A DNA stretch of 64,000 nt from Octopus sinensis. Lineage: Eukaryota. Both the position numbers and the translations under genes were made by a program. Under the pieces are notes generated by a model that was not told the origin of the DNA, searched no databases, and was given only the letters and a program-made list of their open reading frames with translations. Positions within the stretch are counted from its first letter, which is position 1; each line of letters begins with the position of its first letter. The stretch covers positions 197,098,001 through 197,162,000 of the forward strand of contig NC_042997.1 of assembly GCF_006345805.1 (NCBI RefSeq), in the 5' to 3' direction. Positions 40,949 through 54,712 of this stretch are shown piece by piece.

Positions 40949-41073
40949 GACGCAAGTGTGGTTTGTGGTAAGAAACGTGTTTCCCACCCACATGGTTCCG
41001 GGTTCAGTCCCACTGCCTGGCACCTTGAGCAGATGTCACCTTGAATAGGTGGACGGTGAAATTTAACTCTAGG

Positions 41074-41111
<38 letters not shown>

Positions 41112-41179
41112 GCATGTGGGTTTGAACTGCAAACTTTGTGCTTAAGAAGCAAACTTCTTGCTACACAGCATTGTCTGCA

Positions 41180-41865
41180 ACCATAGTAAAGTTTAATTTG
41201 TCATCAGTGTACGTAGCTGTGCTGTCCAACACGACTTCACAGATTTTCAAATGTTGCACTCGCCTTACGAATGCGTGATGTTAACATTAATGTAGATATC
41301 TTTCAGCTCAGGCTTATCTATTTTCCAGGTGATAAACCCTGTGCATACCGTATGACAGGTTGATGCAGTACTTCCGTTTTTGTTTGCAGTGTTGATAATG
41401 CGGCTGAGTTTGTATCCGATCTGTTGAGTATTGATCGATATATGCTTGCATGCACGGCACGTTTGGTGCAACCAATCCACAGTCATCGACAAACAACAGA
41501 TGATATTCGCTTAAATACTTCTCTTTGGCATTTGATTGCATTCTATAATTATTACGGTTTTTCAAATGACATCTGTACTCAATGCCAATGCCAGTGGTGG
41601 GGGAAGAGTAATTCTGAAGGTATCCTGTAATATGGTAGCAAACATGATGCTAAAGAGCATTGGTACGAAGAAGAAAAAAAACAACTTTATTGCATTTTTG
41701 ACAGAAAAATACTGCAGATAATTCGCCGCTTTTACTAACTCTTTCGAATGCTATTATGAAGATTACACAACAAAACTTAGCAAAGATTCGCCACAAACCA
41801 CTGCCTCTTACATCCTCAAATGTTACATAGAGTGCCTGATTCTACTCTTGGATTTCTCGCAGCAG
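41180..41865 (-). pseudogene. Decayed reverse transcriptase of an RTE (BovB-like) LINE
   Basis: Minus-strand pieces in the correct order: EIQE*NQALYVTFED...GLWRIFAKFC; FSVKNAIK...PMLFSIMFATILQDTF; LLFVDDCGLVAPNVPCMQAYIDQYS (YADD box); SRIRKASATFENL*SRV...IKLY. Multiple stops and frameshifts. Confidence 0.88.
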
Positions 41866-42399
41866 ATTTATATTGTCAAAGAGATGAATGAGAATTTTCG
41901 AGAGTATTCTTGCTAAGATTTTACTAATAACTTGTAACTAGTCGAAAATACTTCTATGATTGTCATATTTCAATATATTACCATTGTTCTTATACAGATA
42001 AATGGTTGTAGCTTACAAAAATTCTTAGGGAATGGCGCCTGCTGAACACATCCGGAAAAATAGATTAGTCTTTCGAAAAGAGTTCTGTCGCTCTAATTAT
42101 ATATTTCAGCAGCACACACACACACTCACAAACGCGTGCACACACTGCCACACACCAGACACCTAGGCAGGCACACTCACACACATATGTAATAGATGTA
42201 CATATTTATGAACACTTATGAGTATATATAACTGTGTGTATGTGTGTATATATATATAAATGTGTGTATGTGTATATATATATAAATGTGTGTATGTGTG
42301 TATATATATATATATAAATGTGTGTATGTGTGTATATATATATACACGCGCACACATGTATATATATGTAACTATATGGACTTTGGGTATTAGTGATGT

Positions 42400-42675
42400 G
42401 ACGTGACCGACCAGGCTATCAGATCGTGCTACACATCGCTGGTCACATCGCATTGTTTTAGCCTTCAAATGACGTCACCTCGCTGGCTAAGCGAGGCCAA
42501 CATAAGAAAGAGTGACAGAAAGTTGCAGCGAAAGATTACAGCAGGGATCACCACCACCCACTGCCAGAGCTACGTGGATCTTTAGGGGTTTTCGCTCAAT
42601 AAACACCCACAATGAAAACCGCGATAATACGACTGCAAGTCCACTGCCCTAACCACTGGGCCATTGCGCCTCCAC
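42400..42675 (-). mobile_element. SINE family C
   Basis: Second copy of 9685-9960 (CCCTAACCACTGGGCCATTGCGCCTCCAC head; CACATCGCTGGTCACA...TTGTTTTAGCCTTC tail). Confidence 0.85.
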
Positions 42676-42906
42676 ATGTGTATTAGTTTGATGATTAAAG
42701 CACATTCACCGTTTGGGCTACCTGATGTCATCTACAGTTGCGACATAATTTTCATTGGATTTACGTCAGGAAATCCGCAGTTGTTATTGAGTTTATATCT
42801 GATGAAGGAAACAAGCTGGATTTAGTAAGAATCGTTATTCAGTGCTGAATAAAATGTGTACAGAATATATCTTCCGTTTCACTCATCAGTTATGTGTGTG
42901 TGTGTG

Positions 42907-42957
<51 letters not shown>

Positions 42958-43433
42958 ATATATATATATATATCTATATATAATATATATATATATAAAC
43001 ACGCAGGTACACACACATGTATGTATATTTGTATATATATATATATATATAACACATACATACAATGTTTACAAGGAGAAGTACAGGGAAGGATAACATT
43101 GCGCTATACGATATAATTTGAGTGTGGTTGTGTGTGCATGTTTGATATTTATGATGAAAAAAATCATCAAATTATAACACTTGAAATGTCTCATTTCTGT
43201 AGAATCCTAACGAATATTCCATAATAACGATAAATGGAATCACATGTCACTAGGTTATAATGTAGCGTTCATATTTGCTAATAAAATCTATTAATTCCAC
43301 AACAGGTTATAAACGAAATAGAATTAGCTATTGTGACGGTTTTCATTTTTGTCTAGTGATGTAGAGTATTGGATTTTAATAAGATTATGAACCGAATACT
43401 CGAATATCATGGTACTATTTATTCTTCGAGCAA

Positions 43434-43532
43434 AGCGGCAAGCTAGTAGAATGGTTACTACGCAGGGAAACAATGCCTAGTGGTATATCTGCCAGCTTTA
43501 TATGTTCTGAGTTCGAATTCAACCATGACCGA
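43434..43532 (+). mobile_element. SINE family B, 5' fragment
   Basis: GCGGCAAGCTAGTAGAATGGTTA...GTTCTGAGTTCGAATTC. Confidence 0.65.
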
Positions 43533-43545
43533 ATTTATATATATA

Positions 43546-43605
<60 letters not shown>

Positions 43606-43870
43606 TGTGTGTCTGGGGTGAGTCATTTTCTTTTTGTGCCCCATAATTTAACACACTCACCGGTAAAATTTCCCCTTATTTCTTATTTTTATTTTCATAA
43701 AATTTTCGTTGCCTCTTGAGTCAAGACTACAACGAAAATTTTAGGAAAACTGGTGAGTGTGTTAAATCATAAGACACAAAAAGAAAATGATTTTCCCCAG
43801 ACAGAACAGAATATGCTTCAACACACAAACTAACATAAAAAATCTTGCAAATCATATCTAAAAACGGTAT
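43606..43870. mobile_element. Palindromic element, second copy of the 28854-29124 family
   Basis: TGTCTGGGGTGAGTCATTTTCTTTTTGTGCC...ACACACTCACCGG and the inverted CTGGTGAGTGTGT...CACAAAAAGAAAATGATTTTCCCCAGACA. The centre has TAAAATTTTCGTTG / CAACGAAAATTTTA. Flanked by (TA)n. Confidence 0.8.
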
Positions 43871-44028
43871 ATATATATATATATATATAGCCAGCTGGAG
43901 GAGGTGTCCTCCTGGGGCTACAAACTACAGTAGCATCCACCCTTAGGGGTTAGCCATATTCAAATGGCAAATATACGTCACGATGTGTTGCTGCTACTGT
44001 TTATAACTCGCTCTGAGATTCATCATTG

Positions 44029-44067
<39 letters not shown>

Positions 44068-44261
44068 CCCTCTCATCAAAATTGTTGGCTTTGTGGCAAA
44101 ATTAGAAACAATTATGTATTTTTTTAGTGTCCAAACAGACAAGGTCCACATTGCTCTAAGCTTGATCTGCTAGAAATAGAAGTAACAATAATGTTCACTT
44201 CTTAGTCGGATGTTTGATATAAATGCCATGTCGATAAAACGATCGTATGCTTGAATGTGTG

Positions 44262-44545
44262 AGAGCGCGTGCCTTGGTGGTTAAGGTGTTGCACTCACGA
44301 TTGCAACAACATAGTTTCGATTCCTAGAGAGAGAGAGTTTTGCGTTTTGTCCTTGAGCAAAACACTTGAGTTCACGTTGTGCTGCGATCGCTTCGAAATC
44401 TGACGCGTAGCACAATGTGCAGCTCTACAGGTGCTGTCAATTTGATGGAGGAATTAGCTAATTTACAGCACATACATTTGATCTCTAAAAGCAAATCATC
44501 AGTACAGGTTCCTGAACATGAAATTGTGGAACCCTTATATGTGGT
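44262..44545 (+). mobile_element. tRNA-headed SINE with a CORE-like middle (old)
   Basis: GCGCGTGCCTTGGTGGTTAAGG...GTTTCGATTCC boxes followed by TGTCCTTGAGCAAAACACTT. Confidence 0.65.
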
Positions 44546-44761
44546 CTACGACAAGACAGTGCATTAGGTTTCGATGTTACAAGAATATCAGTGGGTGTCA
44601 TTATTATGAAAGTCTTTAGTCATGGTTGATCTGAAATCAGCAATAACATGACCAAAATCAATAAAATTAACAATTATCAACATCTTAAGCTCAGTGCTAA
44701 TGAAGGAACGGATGTGTTCGCTCGACCGGCAAGACATAGCGGCCAAATTTCTCTCAAATTA

Positions 44762-45000
44762 CAGTAATTCCTCGACTATCACAAGTGTTACGTTATTAAC
44801 CCTACCGCGATAGGTGAAAATTCGCGAAGTAGAAACAGTGGTGCACTGCATATTTTTTCTATTGTTTTGTATTATTTCTATTGTTTTGTATTTTTTCTAT
44901 ATATTTTTAAAATTATAAATGCAAAACACCACGGAGCAATCGACGTAAGCTTCAAAAATAAACCGCGATTGCTGAACCACGATATGGCGAGGGATCACTG
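44762..45000. mobile_element. Tigger/pogo-like MITE with TA target duplication
   Basis: TA|CAGTAATTCCTCGAC...GGCGAGGGATCACTG|TA. Homologous to 1932-2150; a lone end lies at about 9630-9658. Confidence 0.85.
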
Positions 45001-45204
45001 TACTCCCTAGTAAACTTAAGATAAAATAAGGCCGCAATGAGTGCATTTTGTCAGAGTATAACATGGAGTGGTCACGATTAAAATGCTTTCGATGATATCT
45101 CTAGTCTTTTCTTTAACAAGAACGACTACTTGACTAGATTACACAAACTGGGAGACCTCCACAACGCTAAATTATATTTTCATGTCAAATATGCAATTTG
45201 TTCA

Positions 45205-45464
45205 TATGTTTTCAACTTAATGTGACAGTCCCATGAAAGGGAAGAATACTACTGCTATTTAGCCATAGGAAGCACTGCTTCCTGTTGGCCTTGACACGTT
45301 TACCGTGTCCTTATGTTTAAAAGGGGGAGATAAGCACCTCCACCCTCTGTAAACATAAGGACACAGGAAATATATCAAGGCCGACAGGAAACGGTGCTTC
45401 CTAGGGCGAAACAGCAGTGGTATTCTTCCCTTTCATGGGATTGTCACATTAAGTTGACAACATA
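45205..45464. mobile_element. 260-bp palindromic (fold-back) element
   Basis: Arms 45205-45319 and 45350-45464 are imperfect reverse complements (TCAACTTAATGTGACAGTCCCATGAAAGGGAAGAATAC / GTATTCTTCCCTTTCATGGGATTGTCACATTAAGTTGA). TA occurs at both ends. Confidence 0.88.
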
Positions 45465-47205
45465 CCACCATTTTATCGTGTTACTACTGTTTAAATCTCT
45501 CAGAGATTTAGAAATATATTATTTCTATATATGCAATTAGTTTGTATAATATATATAATTTTATATATATTATCTATAATGTAGTATATTACACATAATG
45601 AAACATATTATACATGACGTAATACTTTATATATTATGTAATTTATAATTTAATATAAATTATATATGATGTAAATATCATATATAATGCAAAATGTATT
45701 ATATAAAATGTAATTTATATTATAATATATGGCTAATTTATCCTTCTTCCTTACAGCCATTTTCTTTATATTCCTCATTCTTTGGATTCTCCAAATGAAG
45801 TTAATTTTAATTAAGAATATGTATCATGAACTCTCAGAAGCATTTTACAATTAGCAACGTTATTTTCTACGATGGATATCTCCATAACCATTACAAACAT
45901 ACACCATGTATAAAACTTACATCATCCTCACGGAATCGGTAAGCTTTTTCGTGGTTTATATAAACAACAAATCTAAATCGGAACTGATCTATAACAGACA
46001 GACGGTTATGCAATGATAGTATATTGTCTCGAAGTGACAATGTAAGTAATTCCAAGCTAAACAGTTTCTGACCTGTATCTTAAACACGTTTGTAGTCATA
46101 CACTCTGGAAACTAGAATACTGACGCAATGATATATTGATCTCCTGATGTCTCATTAGATTCGGTATGATTAGAAACAGGCTATCATTCGGAATATTTTC
46201 ATATCAATCATTGGCGAGTTAATGAAATCAATCTGTCGGAATGTTACAGCAATTAAAGGTGAGAGAGTCGGATAAAATGTCTCACGGTATTTGTTCGAAA
46301 ACTCTGCACTTCGCGTTCAAATGCCGTCGGGGTCAACTTTGATTTCCTCCGTTTGTAGGTCGATACAAATAGTACAAATGCAGGGTGTTTGAATCGGAGA
46401 ACATTAACAACATCAGACCAAATGCCATTCGATGTTTGTTCCTGCATTTAACAGTCATTCTAAGTTCACATCCTGTCAAGGCTTATTTAGGTTTTGGATA
46501 AGATATGTCGCTCAGTATGATACCATATCTTGCCAGGTTGGGTACCTTTGACGAACTTTAATCTATTGAGAGAATTGTCATACACGGACACCTTCCTCTC
46601 TCTTTCCAAGTATCGAGGACCCTGTAAAGGTTCATAGATTCATGTACAATACCGCTTCTGAAGGCTAAAAATACAATATAATACAATAACATGCACTCAC
46701 CGATCTAATTCAGATCCCATTTTGTTAAAGATTTAACCTTTTCATGATATGGCCACACAATAACTTAGCTATGGCGATATGATAAAGCACGCCATAATAC
46801 TTCAGCGTTAAAATGTCACCTCTAACTATAGACAGCACGACGTCTATTTATTACGATTCAAGAATTAGAATTACATTTAAACAGACATTTAAAAAGTAAA
46901 AGAAAAGAAAGAATGAAAATAAAAAAAGAAGAAGAAATTAAATAATTCGAAGACGATTGAATGTGTTTATGCGAGGAATCTCTTTTGAATGGTCTTCAAT
47001 TCACCCCGGCCTCGACCCTGTCTTTGAATTTCTTTGGCTGTTATTATTAAATTAAAGAAGTTGCCAAGGCAAGTTTATATGAAATGTTTCACTACATATG
47101 GAGAAACATGTTGCCATTCGACTTCAACTTCTTTGTCAGAGAAATGTTCTTAAAGACACGCGCACACACAGAGACATCCAGACAGGCACACATACCCACA
47201 CACAC

Positions 47206-47249
<44 letters not shown>

Positions 47250-47267
47250 TATTTGTGTATATACGTG

Positions 47268-47315
<48 letters not shown>

Positions 47316-47326
47316 GTATATACGTG

Positions 47327-47370
<44 letters not shown>

Positions 47371-47757
47371 ATATTTGTGTATATGCATGTTATATATCTA
47401 AATATATATATATATATATACATATAAAATATAAATACTATAAATACATTATATATATATTTATATAAAAACAATTAGATATAGGTATATATGCCTTTAT
47501 GTATGTATGTAGATATGTATGTGCGTAAGTGTGTGTGTATGCGTGTGTGTCGGCGTGTGTGTATTTACCTTTCATTCGAGGATGAAAAGGGGAAATAACA
47601 GCAAGAAATTGAATCTCAAAGTAAAAGTGATAAATTTTCTTCTTCTTATAAACAAGAAAAGCGAGAGAGAAGCAGGAAGATAAATGAAAACAAATCAAAA
47701 CGACTATAATCGTTTTCCGACAACAAAAATCCACCATCTTTGATTTTCATCAGACTA

Positions 47758-47893
47758 AACAATAATAATAATAATAATAATACTACTACTACTACTATAC
47801 TACTACTACTACACTACTACTACTACTACTACTACTAATAATAATAATAATAATAATAATAGCAATAATAATAATAATGATAATAATAATAGC

Positions 47894-47924
<31 letters not shown>

Positions 47925-47982
47925 GGAATAACAACAATAGGAATAATAGCAATAATAATAATAGCAATAATAATAATAACAA

Positions 47983-48019
<37 letters not shown>

Positions 48020-48022
48020 GTA
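47758..48022. repeat. (AAT)n/(TAC)n compound microsatellite
   Basis: Trinucleotide runs. A similar run lies at 25585-25662. Confidence 0.95.
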
Positions 48023-48268
48023 ATTTAGAAAGAAAATAGAAAACAACAAATGCGTATGCAGCAACGGAACAGAGGGGGAAAAGGGAGTATTTTCCCATGT
48101 TAGTATTGTCGGAAAAAGCACCTGTTCAGTATGATAGCTAACGGAAGTTCTATAATCTTTAGGTAAATATTTTCTACAACATAGATTTGTTTGTAGAAAT
48201 ACGTAGATACATATAAACAGATGGCAAAAATATACATACATGTATGTGTTTCTGTGAAGATCATAGAT

Positions 48269-48321
<53 letters not shown>

Positions 48322-48520
48322 TATACATGCATATGCAGAATATGTATGTAAATCGTACAGTTTAATTCACTTATGGATATGAATGTGTATCCATAACCTT
48401 TGTTTGAATGACTGTGGTGCATCTTCCTATATATATGTTTGACGCTTTTAGTTTTGAGTGTTTTTAAACGGGAACTGATTCATGTATTGAACACACAAAC
48501 ACGTCCATATATACACATAC

Positions 48521-48595
<75 letters not shown>

Positions 48596-48638
48596 ACAAA
48601 TAGATAGGTAGACAGATAGATAGACAGATAGATAAACA

Positions 48639-48852
48639 GGTAGCTGGGAGAAACGTTAGCACGCCGGGCGAAATGCTTAGTGTCATCTCGTCTGCCGCTA
48701 CGTTCTGAGTTCAAATTTCGCCGAGGTCGACTTTGCCTTTCATCCTTTCGTGGTCGATTAAATAAGTACCAGTTACGCAGTGGGGTCGATATAAACGACT
48801 TATTCCGTTTGCCTGTCCTTGTTTGTGTGGAACCCGTTTTGGGCAGTAAAAG
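48639..48852 (+). mobile_element. SINE family B
   Basis: AGAAACGTTAGCACGCCGGGCGAAATGCTTAG...GAGGTCGACTTTGCCTTTCATCCTTTCGTGGTCGATTAAATAAGTACCAG. Confidence 0.9.
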
Positions 48853-49852
48853 ATAGATAAGCAGACAGATAAATAGATAGATAGATAGATAGATAAACAG
48901 CCAATTCTTACCCATGTTAGACAGAAATTCATGCGGATGCGAGAATAATCCTTTTCTACGGTTTGATACTTAAACAAATACACAACGTTGCATACACACA
49001 CTCACGCACACACCCACACACACAGAAGCACACCCACACACACAGAAGCACACCCACACACACAAAAGCACACACAAACGTACACAGCCAGAAACGCGAA
49101 CACACACAGAAACGTATACATATTCACACAGATAAAAGGGAGATATATAAACGGAAGAGAGAAAGAGAGAGAAAAAAGTGAAATGAGAGATAGAGAGAGA
49201 GAAAGAGTGTGAAGTGAGAGACTGAAAGAGGGTAAATCAAAAATGAGTATTGGATGCATTAGACGTATATGTAATACAGAACCTGTGGTAAAAGGAAAAT
49301 ATAACAAAAACGAAAAAAATCTTTAAAAATAAAAAAAATCAATGTTTTGCCACTGGAATTGAAAAGGATACAATTTCTCTGGCGGAGAATTACATACGTT
49401 TCAACCATGAAATATGTATGTTTATTCATATGAATGTATTCTATAAACCATTACACGCTAACAATAATTTCTTTTGATCTCACACGCACGGTCAATTATT
49501 GTAACGATTTAAGTGGATCTCTGGTAATTATATATTATTGAATAAAGTATTTTTCTTTACTATGTGAATGGAAAAATGCAAAGCCGAGTACTATGTGTAG
49601 AGTAAATAAAAGAATACGCTTCATTCGCCTGTGAGTGTAACTTGGTAGCTGTAAGCATACTTTTGCTAATCATTTTTCGACCCTTTACGCAGTTGTACAT
49701 ACGCAATGACACCTTCTTGTTTCTACAGCGCTTTAACCCAGCGGAACATCGAGGGTGTGCCAGCTGGTAGGATAGAGGGCTGCACCAATTGACTAGAAAT
49801 AAAGGAAGGAAATTACAGTAGTCTGTGTTTATTTTTACTGGGGTATTGAAGG

Positions 49853-50065
49853 AGGGGATCTGGCAGAACCGTTAGCATGCTGGGCAAAATGCTTTGCGGC
49901 CTTTCGTCTATCTTTATGTTCTGTGTTCAAATTCCTCGAGGTTTGACTTTGCCTTTCTTCCTTTCGTGGTCGATAAAATAGATAACAGCAGAGCACGAGG
50001 GGGTCACTGTAATCGACTAACAATCTCCCATGAAAATGCAGGCATTGTGCCAAAATTTGAAACCA
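49853..50065 (+). mobile_element. SINE family B, alternative tail
   Basis: CTGGCAGAACCGTTAGCATGCTGGGC head, the same core, and tail GGCATTGTGCCAAAATTTGAAACC. Confidence 0.8.
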
Positions 50066-50974
50066 TTTTTACTGACCTAATGTTGTTTCAACACATGGTT
50101 TCACATCAAGAATCTTATAATTCTCACCGCTTCTATCAATCATACACTCGCAAACACGCACACAAATACGCAAACGCACACATAAAAATAAGCATAGGCA
50201 CGCATGCATAGAGACATGGACACACATACTTGTGTATGGGTGTTTGACCGGGTAGTCGTTTCCAGTTATGTCGACTGAGGCTGTGTAGATTGAAACGGTT
50301 TACATAAGGACACAACTCGTTAGTTGGACTAGAAATCGAATCTATGATCTTTTGACCGTGAATCTTACAGTCTCTTATTAATTCTATAATCTGTGAAAGA
50401 TCGTCTTTATACGACAGGCAGTCTTCTAGTGAAGTTGAATGTAAGTTACTATTTCCACACTCGATAATAACTATTTTGCATCTCTGAAGTAGAAAAGTCT
50501 TTCAAATTGGAATGCTTATCACAAAACGCAGACTTGTTTCTTCTCTAAATTGGTGCACTTGACAGAGTGGAATGGACAGAATTCTGTATCATTTATTCTT
50601 CAAGATACTTCTGTAAAAATAGATTTGATGTCAAACCTGAATATACGAGGAATTTCGATCAGCAGTCATTCAACTTCTTCGGGAAAATATCAGAAATGAA
50701 TTTGTAATTATTGGTTTTGAAACCGAACAGCCAATTAACGACGAATGTCGTCGAACTTAGCAAGATAAAGATTTTCGTCAAGTGGCGGTCTCGTGTAGCT
50801 CGTTGCGATCGATGGTTATTTTATTCTCGCATTGGTTCACACGCACATTCAAAGATGTAGGCGGACATGTAACTGAAATTATTTATCAGTAAATTCTATT
50901 TCTGGTTGTTTTTCAGCTCAGTACAACTGTCAACGGAAGTTGTGGTTGTTTCCCTTTAAAATAAAGGAATATAT

Positions 50975-51358
50975 ACTCTTTTACTTGTTTCAGTCACGTG
51001 ACTACGGCCATGCTGGAGCACCGCCTTCAGTCGAGCAAATCGACCCCGGCACTTATTCTTTGTAAGCCTAGTGCTTATTCTATCAGTCTCTTTTGCCGAA
51101 CTGCTATGTTAGTGGGACGTAAACACACCAGCATCGGATGTCAATTGATGTTGGGAGGACAAACATAGACACACATACACACACACACACACATACGACG
51201 GGCCTCTTTCAGTTTCCGTCTACCAAATCCACTCACAAGGCTTTGGTCGGCTCGAGGCTAAAGTAGAAGACACTAGGCCAAGATGCCACGCAGTGGGACT
51301 GAACCCGGAACCATGTGGTTGGTAAGCAAGCTACTTACCACACAGCCACTCCTGGGCC
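50975..51358 (-). mobile_element. SINE family A, full length
   Basis: ACTCTTTTACTTGTTTCAGTCA...CACAGCCACTCCTGGGCC; the internal tract is (CA)n. Confidence 0.9.
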
Positions 51359-51958
51359 TATACAATGTAAAAAAATTCTTTATGTAATAAATACTATAAC
51401 AATAATTTCGATGGTTTATTTTTGCTCAATATCCAAATTAAGCCACTCTCTAACCAAGTGACATAATCGCTGTTGAACATGTCACTGGTATAGTATGACA
51501 CTGTTATTCTCCTTATATGTCAACTCATCCTGTGTGATAGCTGACCTATGAAAATTTCGGTAGTTCTTTGAAGCGCGTTTACCACGAAAATTTCTGCATA
51601 GAGTTTCATATTTTACGTTCTTACTTCACATAACGGAAACGTGAAAACAAAAGCTGCTCACTCTATTTTTTTATTAGCTTCAGGCATTGGGCTGTGGCAA
51701 CGCTACAATATCACTTTCAACAATTTTTACTTATCACATCTTCCACCACATTGATTTCTGCCTGTTAGTTATGTTATCGATATCTATTTGTCGAATTTCA
51801 AGACCTACAAGGTTACAATATAAGCACAGTCATATACATGCATCTGCAAATGTGTGTCAGTATGTCTGATAAATTGGGTTTGTTGTTATAAATCATTTTT
51901 AAGAATAACAAAGAAACACATTTACATACATATATGTATATATAGAGAGAGACAGAGG

Positions 51959-52036
<78 letters not shown>

Positions 52037-52041
52037 TAGAG

Positions 52042-52181
<140 letters not shown>

Positions 52182-52726
52182 TCAATACCAACAACTGAGT
52201 TAGATTTATAGCAAAATTTGTACCAAGTATATTGATGAGACCAAGTATCGCCAAGTATCCACCACCAACATCAGATTCAGTTCTGAAGTTTATATGAGAA
52301 AACAGGAAAAACCCATTCAATATTACATTCAAAATGATTATCTTTTATCTTATTTAGATCTCTGACGAAACAGTCTAAATTATCAGAAAAGGCATTTAAA
52401 GCGAAAACCAATAAGGTTTTTCTCAGACAAAAATACCGTTCTTCCCCTGATTATGTGCGTAGTGGGAAGTATTTAGGATGTCATAACGGAGATTTAGTTT
52501 ACATTGACACTGAGTTTATTTTATACTTTCGTTTTGTTTGTTCATAGAGTGCATAATTGATTTCTACAGCTAAATTTTTGCCGGCAATTTACTATAAGTA
52601 TGCTACAGTTCGTTTAACTTAATTTCTTGCAAGTTATGTTGATTGCATTTGCACAGTACTTAGTGACGCCAGCAATTAAAGAAACGTTTATTATCCTTCC
52701 ACACAGCAGCATACATGTAGGAGTAT

Positions 52727-52791
<65 letters not shown>

Positions 52792-52812
52792 ATTTTATGC
52801 ACACATATACGT

Positions 52813-53022
52813 ATACTCTTTTACTCTTATACGTGTTTCAGTCATTTGACACCGGCCATGCTGGAGCACCACCTTTAATCGAATAAATCGACCCCAGAGC
52901 TTATTCTTTGTAAGCCTAGTACTTATTCTATCGCTCTCCTTTTGCCGAACCGCTAATTGATGGGGAAATAAAACACCAACATCGGTGGAGGGACAAACAC
53001 AGACACAAACCTACATATATAT

Positions 53023-53084
<62 letters not shown>

Positions 53085-53184
53085 ACACGACGGGCTTCTT
53101 TCAGTTTCCGTCTACTAAATCCACTGACAAGTCTTTGGCCCGCCCGAGGCTATAGTAGAAGATACTTGCCCAAGGCGCCACGCA
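52813..53184 (-). mobile_element. SINE family A lacking the tRNA head
   Basis: Tail through core (GCCCAAGGCGCCACGCAG). AATTTTATGCACACA occurs on both sides (52791-52805 and 53186-53200). Confidence 0.85.
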
Positions 53185-53223
53185 GAATTTTATGCACACA
53201 CATGTATGCATGTATATGTTTAT

Positions 53224-53280
<57 letters not shown>

Positions 53281-53833
53281 TGTACGCATATACATACATG
53301 TACGAATTCCGATATTTAAATTTTACTTTACCAGACTATATAAATTAGATTATCAATATTTACGTTGAACCGATCCATAACATTAACTTTAATACTTTGG
53401 AGAACATGATATACTTAGTAGGTTTCTCATATAAATATCTATGAGTAGACGGCACAGACACAAATACACAAATACATACATGGACATTTCTACACAAATA
53501 CGTCAGCCGAGACTTCACCACAATTTATGACTAAAAACTTTTTAGCCTTCATTTCAGACTATTTGACTAACTGCTGAATATTTCCTCTGTATATTTTTAC
53601 ACTTGACCGATCATTGACCTGTATTTACTTACCGTTTCATTCAATGCATTCAATCCAGTCTTCACTGACATTATTCGCTATTCTTTTATTATACACTCTA
53701 TCGTCATAATTTATTTAATTTGAATATTTGGTACAATTTGTTCTATCTTTGGCATCCTACATCTTGCTCATATCTTTATAAGACATTATTCTGACTTTTA
53801 AAGTATTTCATGAAATTTCTCTAAGACTACGCG

Positions 53834-54190
53834 CCTTCATTGGTCAATTAAAGTTGAGACAGTGTCACGTGAGAACTTGCTGGGGCTGCCTTCTGGAGCC
53901 TTGCGCCAGGTACTTAAAGGGAAAATATTTGACAAGTCAGTCAGTCGCCGGCTGACACTCGTTGACGCTACATCGAAGAGGCCAGGGAACAGAAGAAAGA
54001 AGACATGCACCCAACACCAGAGCTGAAGACACCTCCAAAGGGGGAGGGGGCGCGCCACGTGAAAACCGTAGAAGAGTAGGGGCCGAAACCAGACGTGGTT
54101 CCTCCTGATGATGTCTTGAGCTAACTGGATTCTATAAAGGACCTGTTGTGGTAGCAGACCACGAAACACGGTTGTAACAGAAATCCCTTT
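53834..54190 (+). mobile_element. GC-richer LTR/pseudo-LTR-like segment with promoter motifs and clustered hammerhead-like half-sites
   Basis: ATTGG, TCACGTGA, TACTTAAA and TCAGTC in order, then CTGAAGA (54023), CGAAAC, CTGATGA (54105) and the hairpin GTGGT-agcag-ACCAC-GAAAC. Confidence 0.45.
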
Positions 54191-54294
54191 CTATTATGAT
54201 TTTTACAACATATGTGAACTACAACTGAACTACCATCTACTTTTCATTTAATAAGGTTGTTCTTTTCTTATACAAAATTTAAAAGCGTAAGTTT

Positions 54295-54712
54295 GCTAAC
54301 TGGTGGAATAAGTGATCAGCAAAACTGTAAATAGTAAATAGCCAGTCGATATGAATTTCACAATACATGCATTCATTCATACATACGTTCCTACATGAAC
54401 TAGAATTTTGTTGTTTGAGATAGACGAGAGAAAGTATTTACTATCAAAGCAACCGACTCTCCTCCTGATGTGAATATCTCTTTGAAACCAAATAGAAAAA
54501 GGATAACTATGGACATCTGCTTCAACATCTGCAGCTTCTACGCCCAGATTACAAATTTGCGTTTATGCCAATAATAATCAGTGCACTTGGTTTTGCGAGT
54601 AAAATCCTAGCTGACGTCTGGATATGGTTGAGGACTTCAGAAAAAGAAATCACTCAACTAACTCGCACGTCTGTATGTGGAAGAGTAAACATATGCAAGA
54701 CTTCACTCTGTA
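54295..54712 (+). pseudogene. Restriction-like endonuclease C-terminus of a second REL-type non-LTR retrotransposon (decayed)
   Basis: NWWNK...VV*DRREKVFTI...PPDVNISLK / DNYGHLLQHLQLLRPDYKFAFMPIIISALGF...SEKEITQL..SVCGRVNICKTSL matches PxDVNIxxKxxEKxxxYGxLxxxLQxLYPDYKFxFIPIIVGALG...GTVKICKTFL. Confidence 0.8.

Noticed and set aside
47695-47752. Minus-strand CTGATGA plus GAAA and a hairpin
   Set aside because: Stem II is not adjacent to GAAA and no stem I can form.
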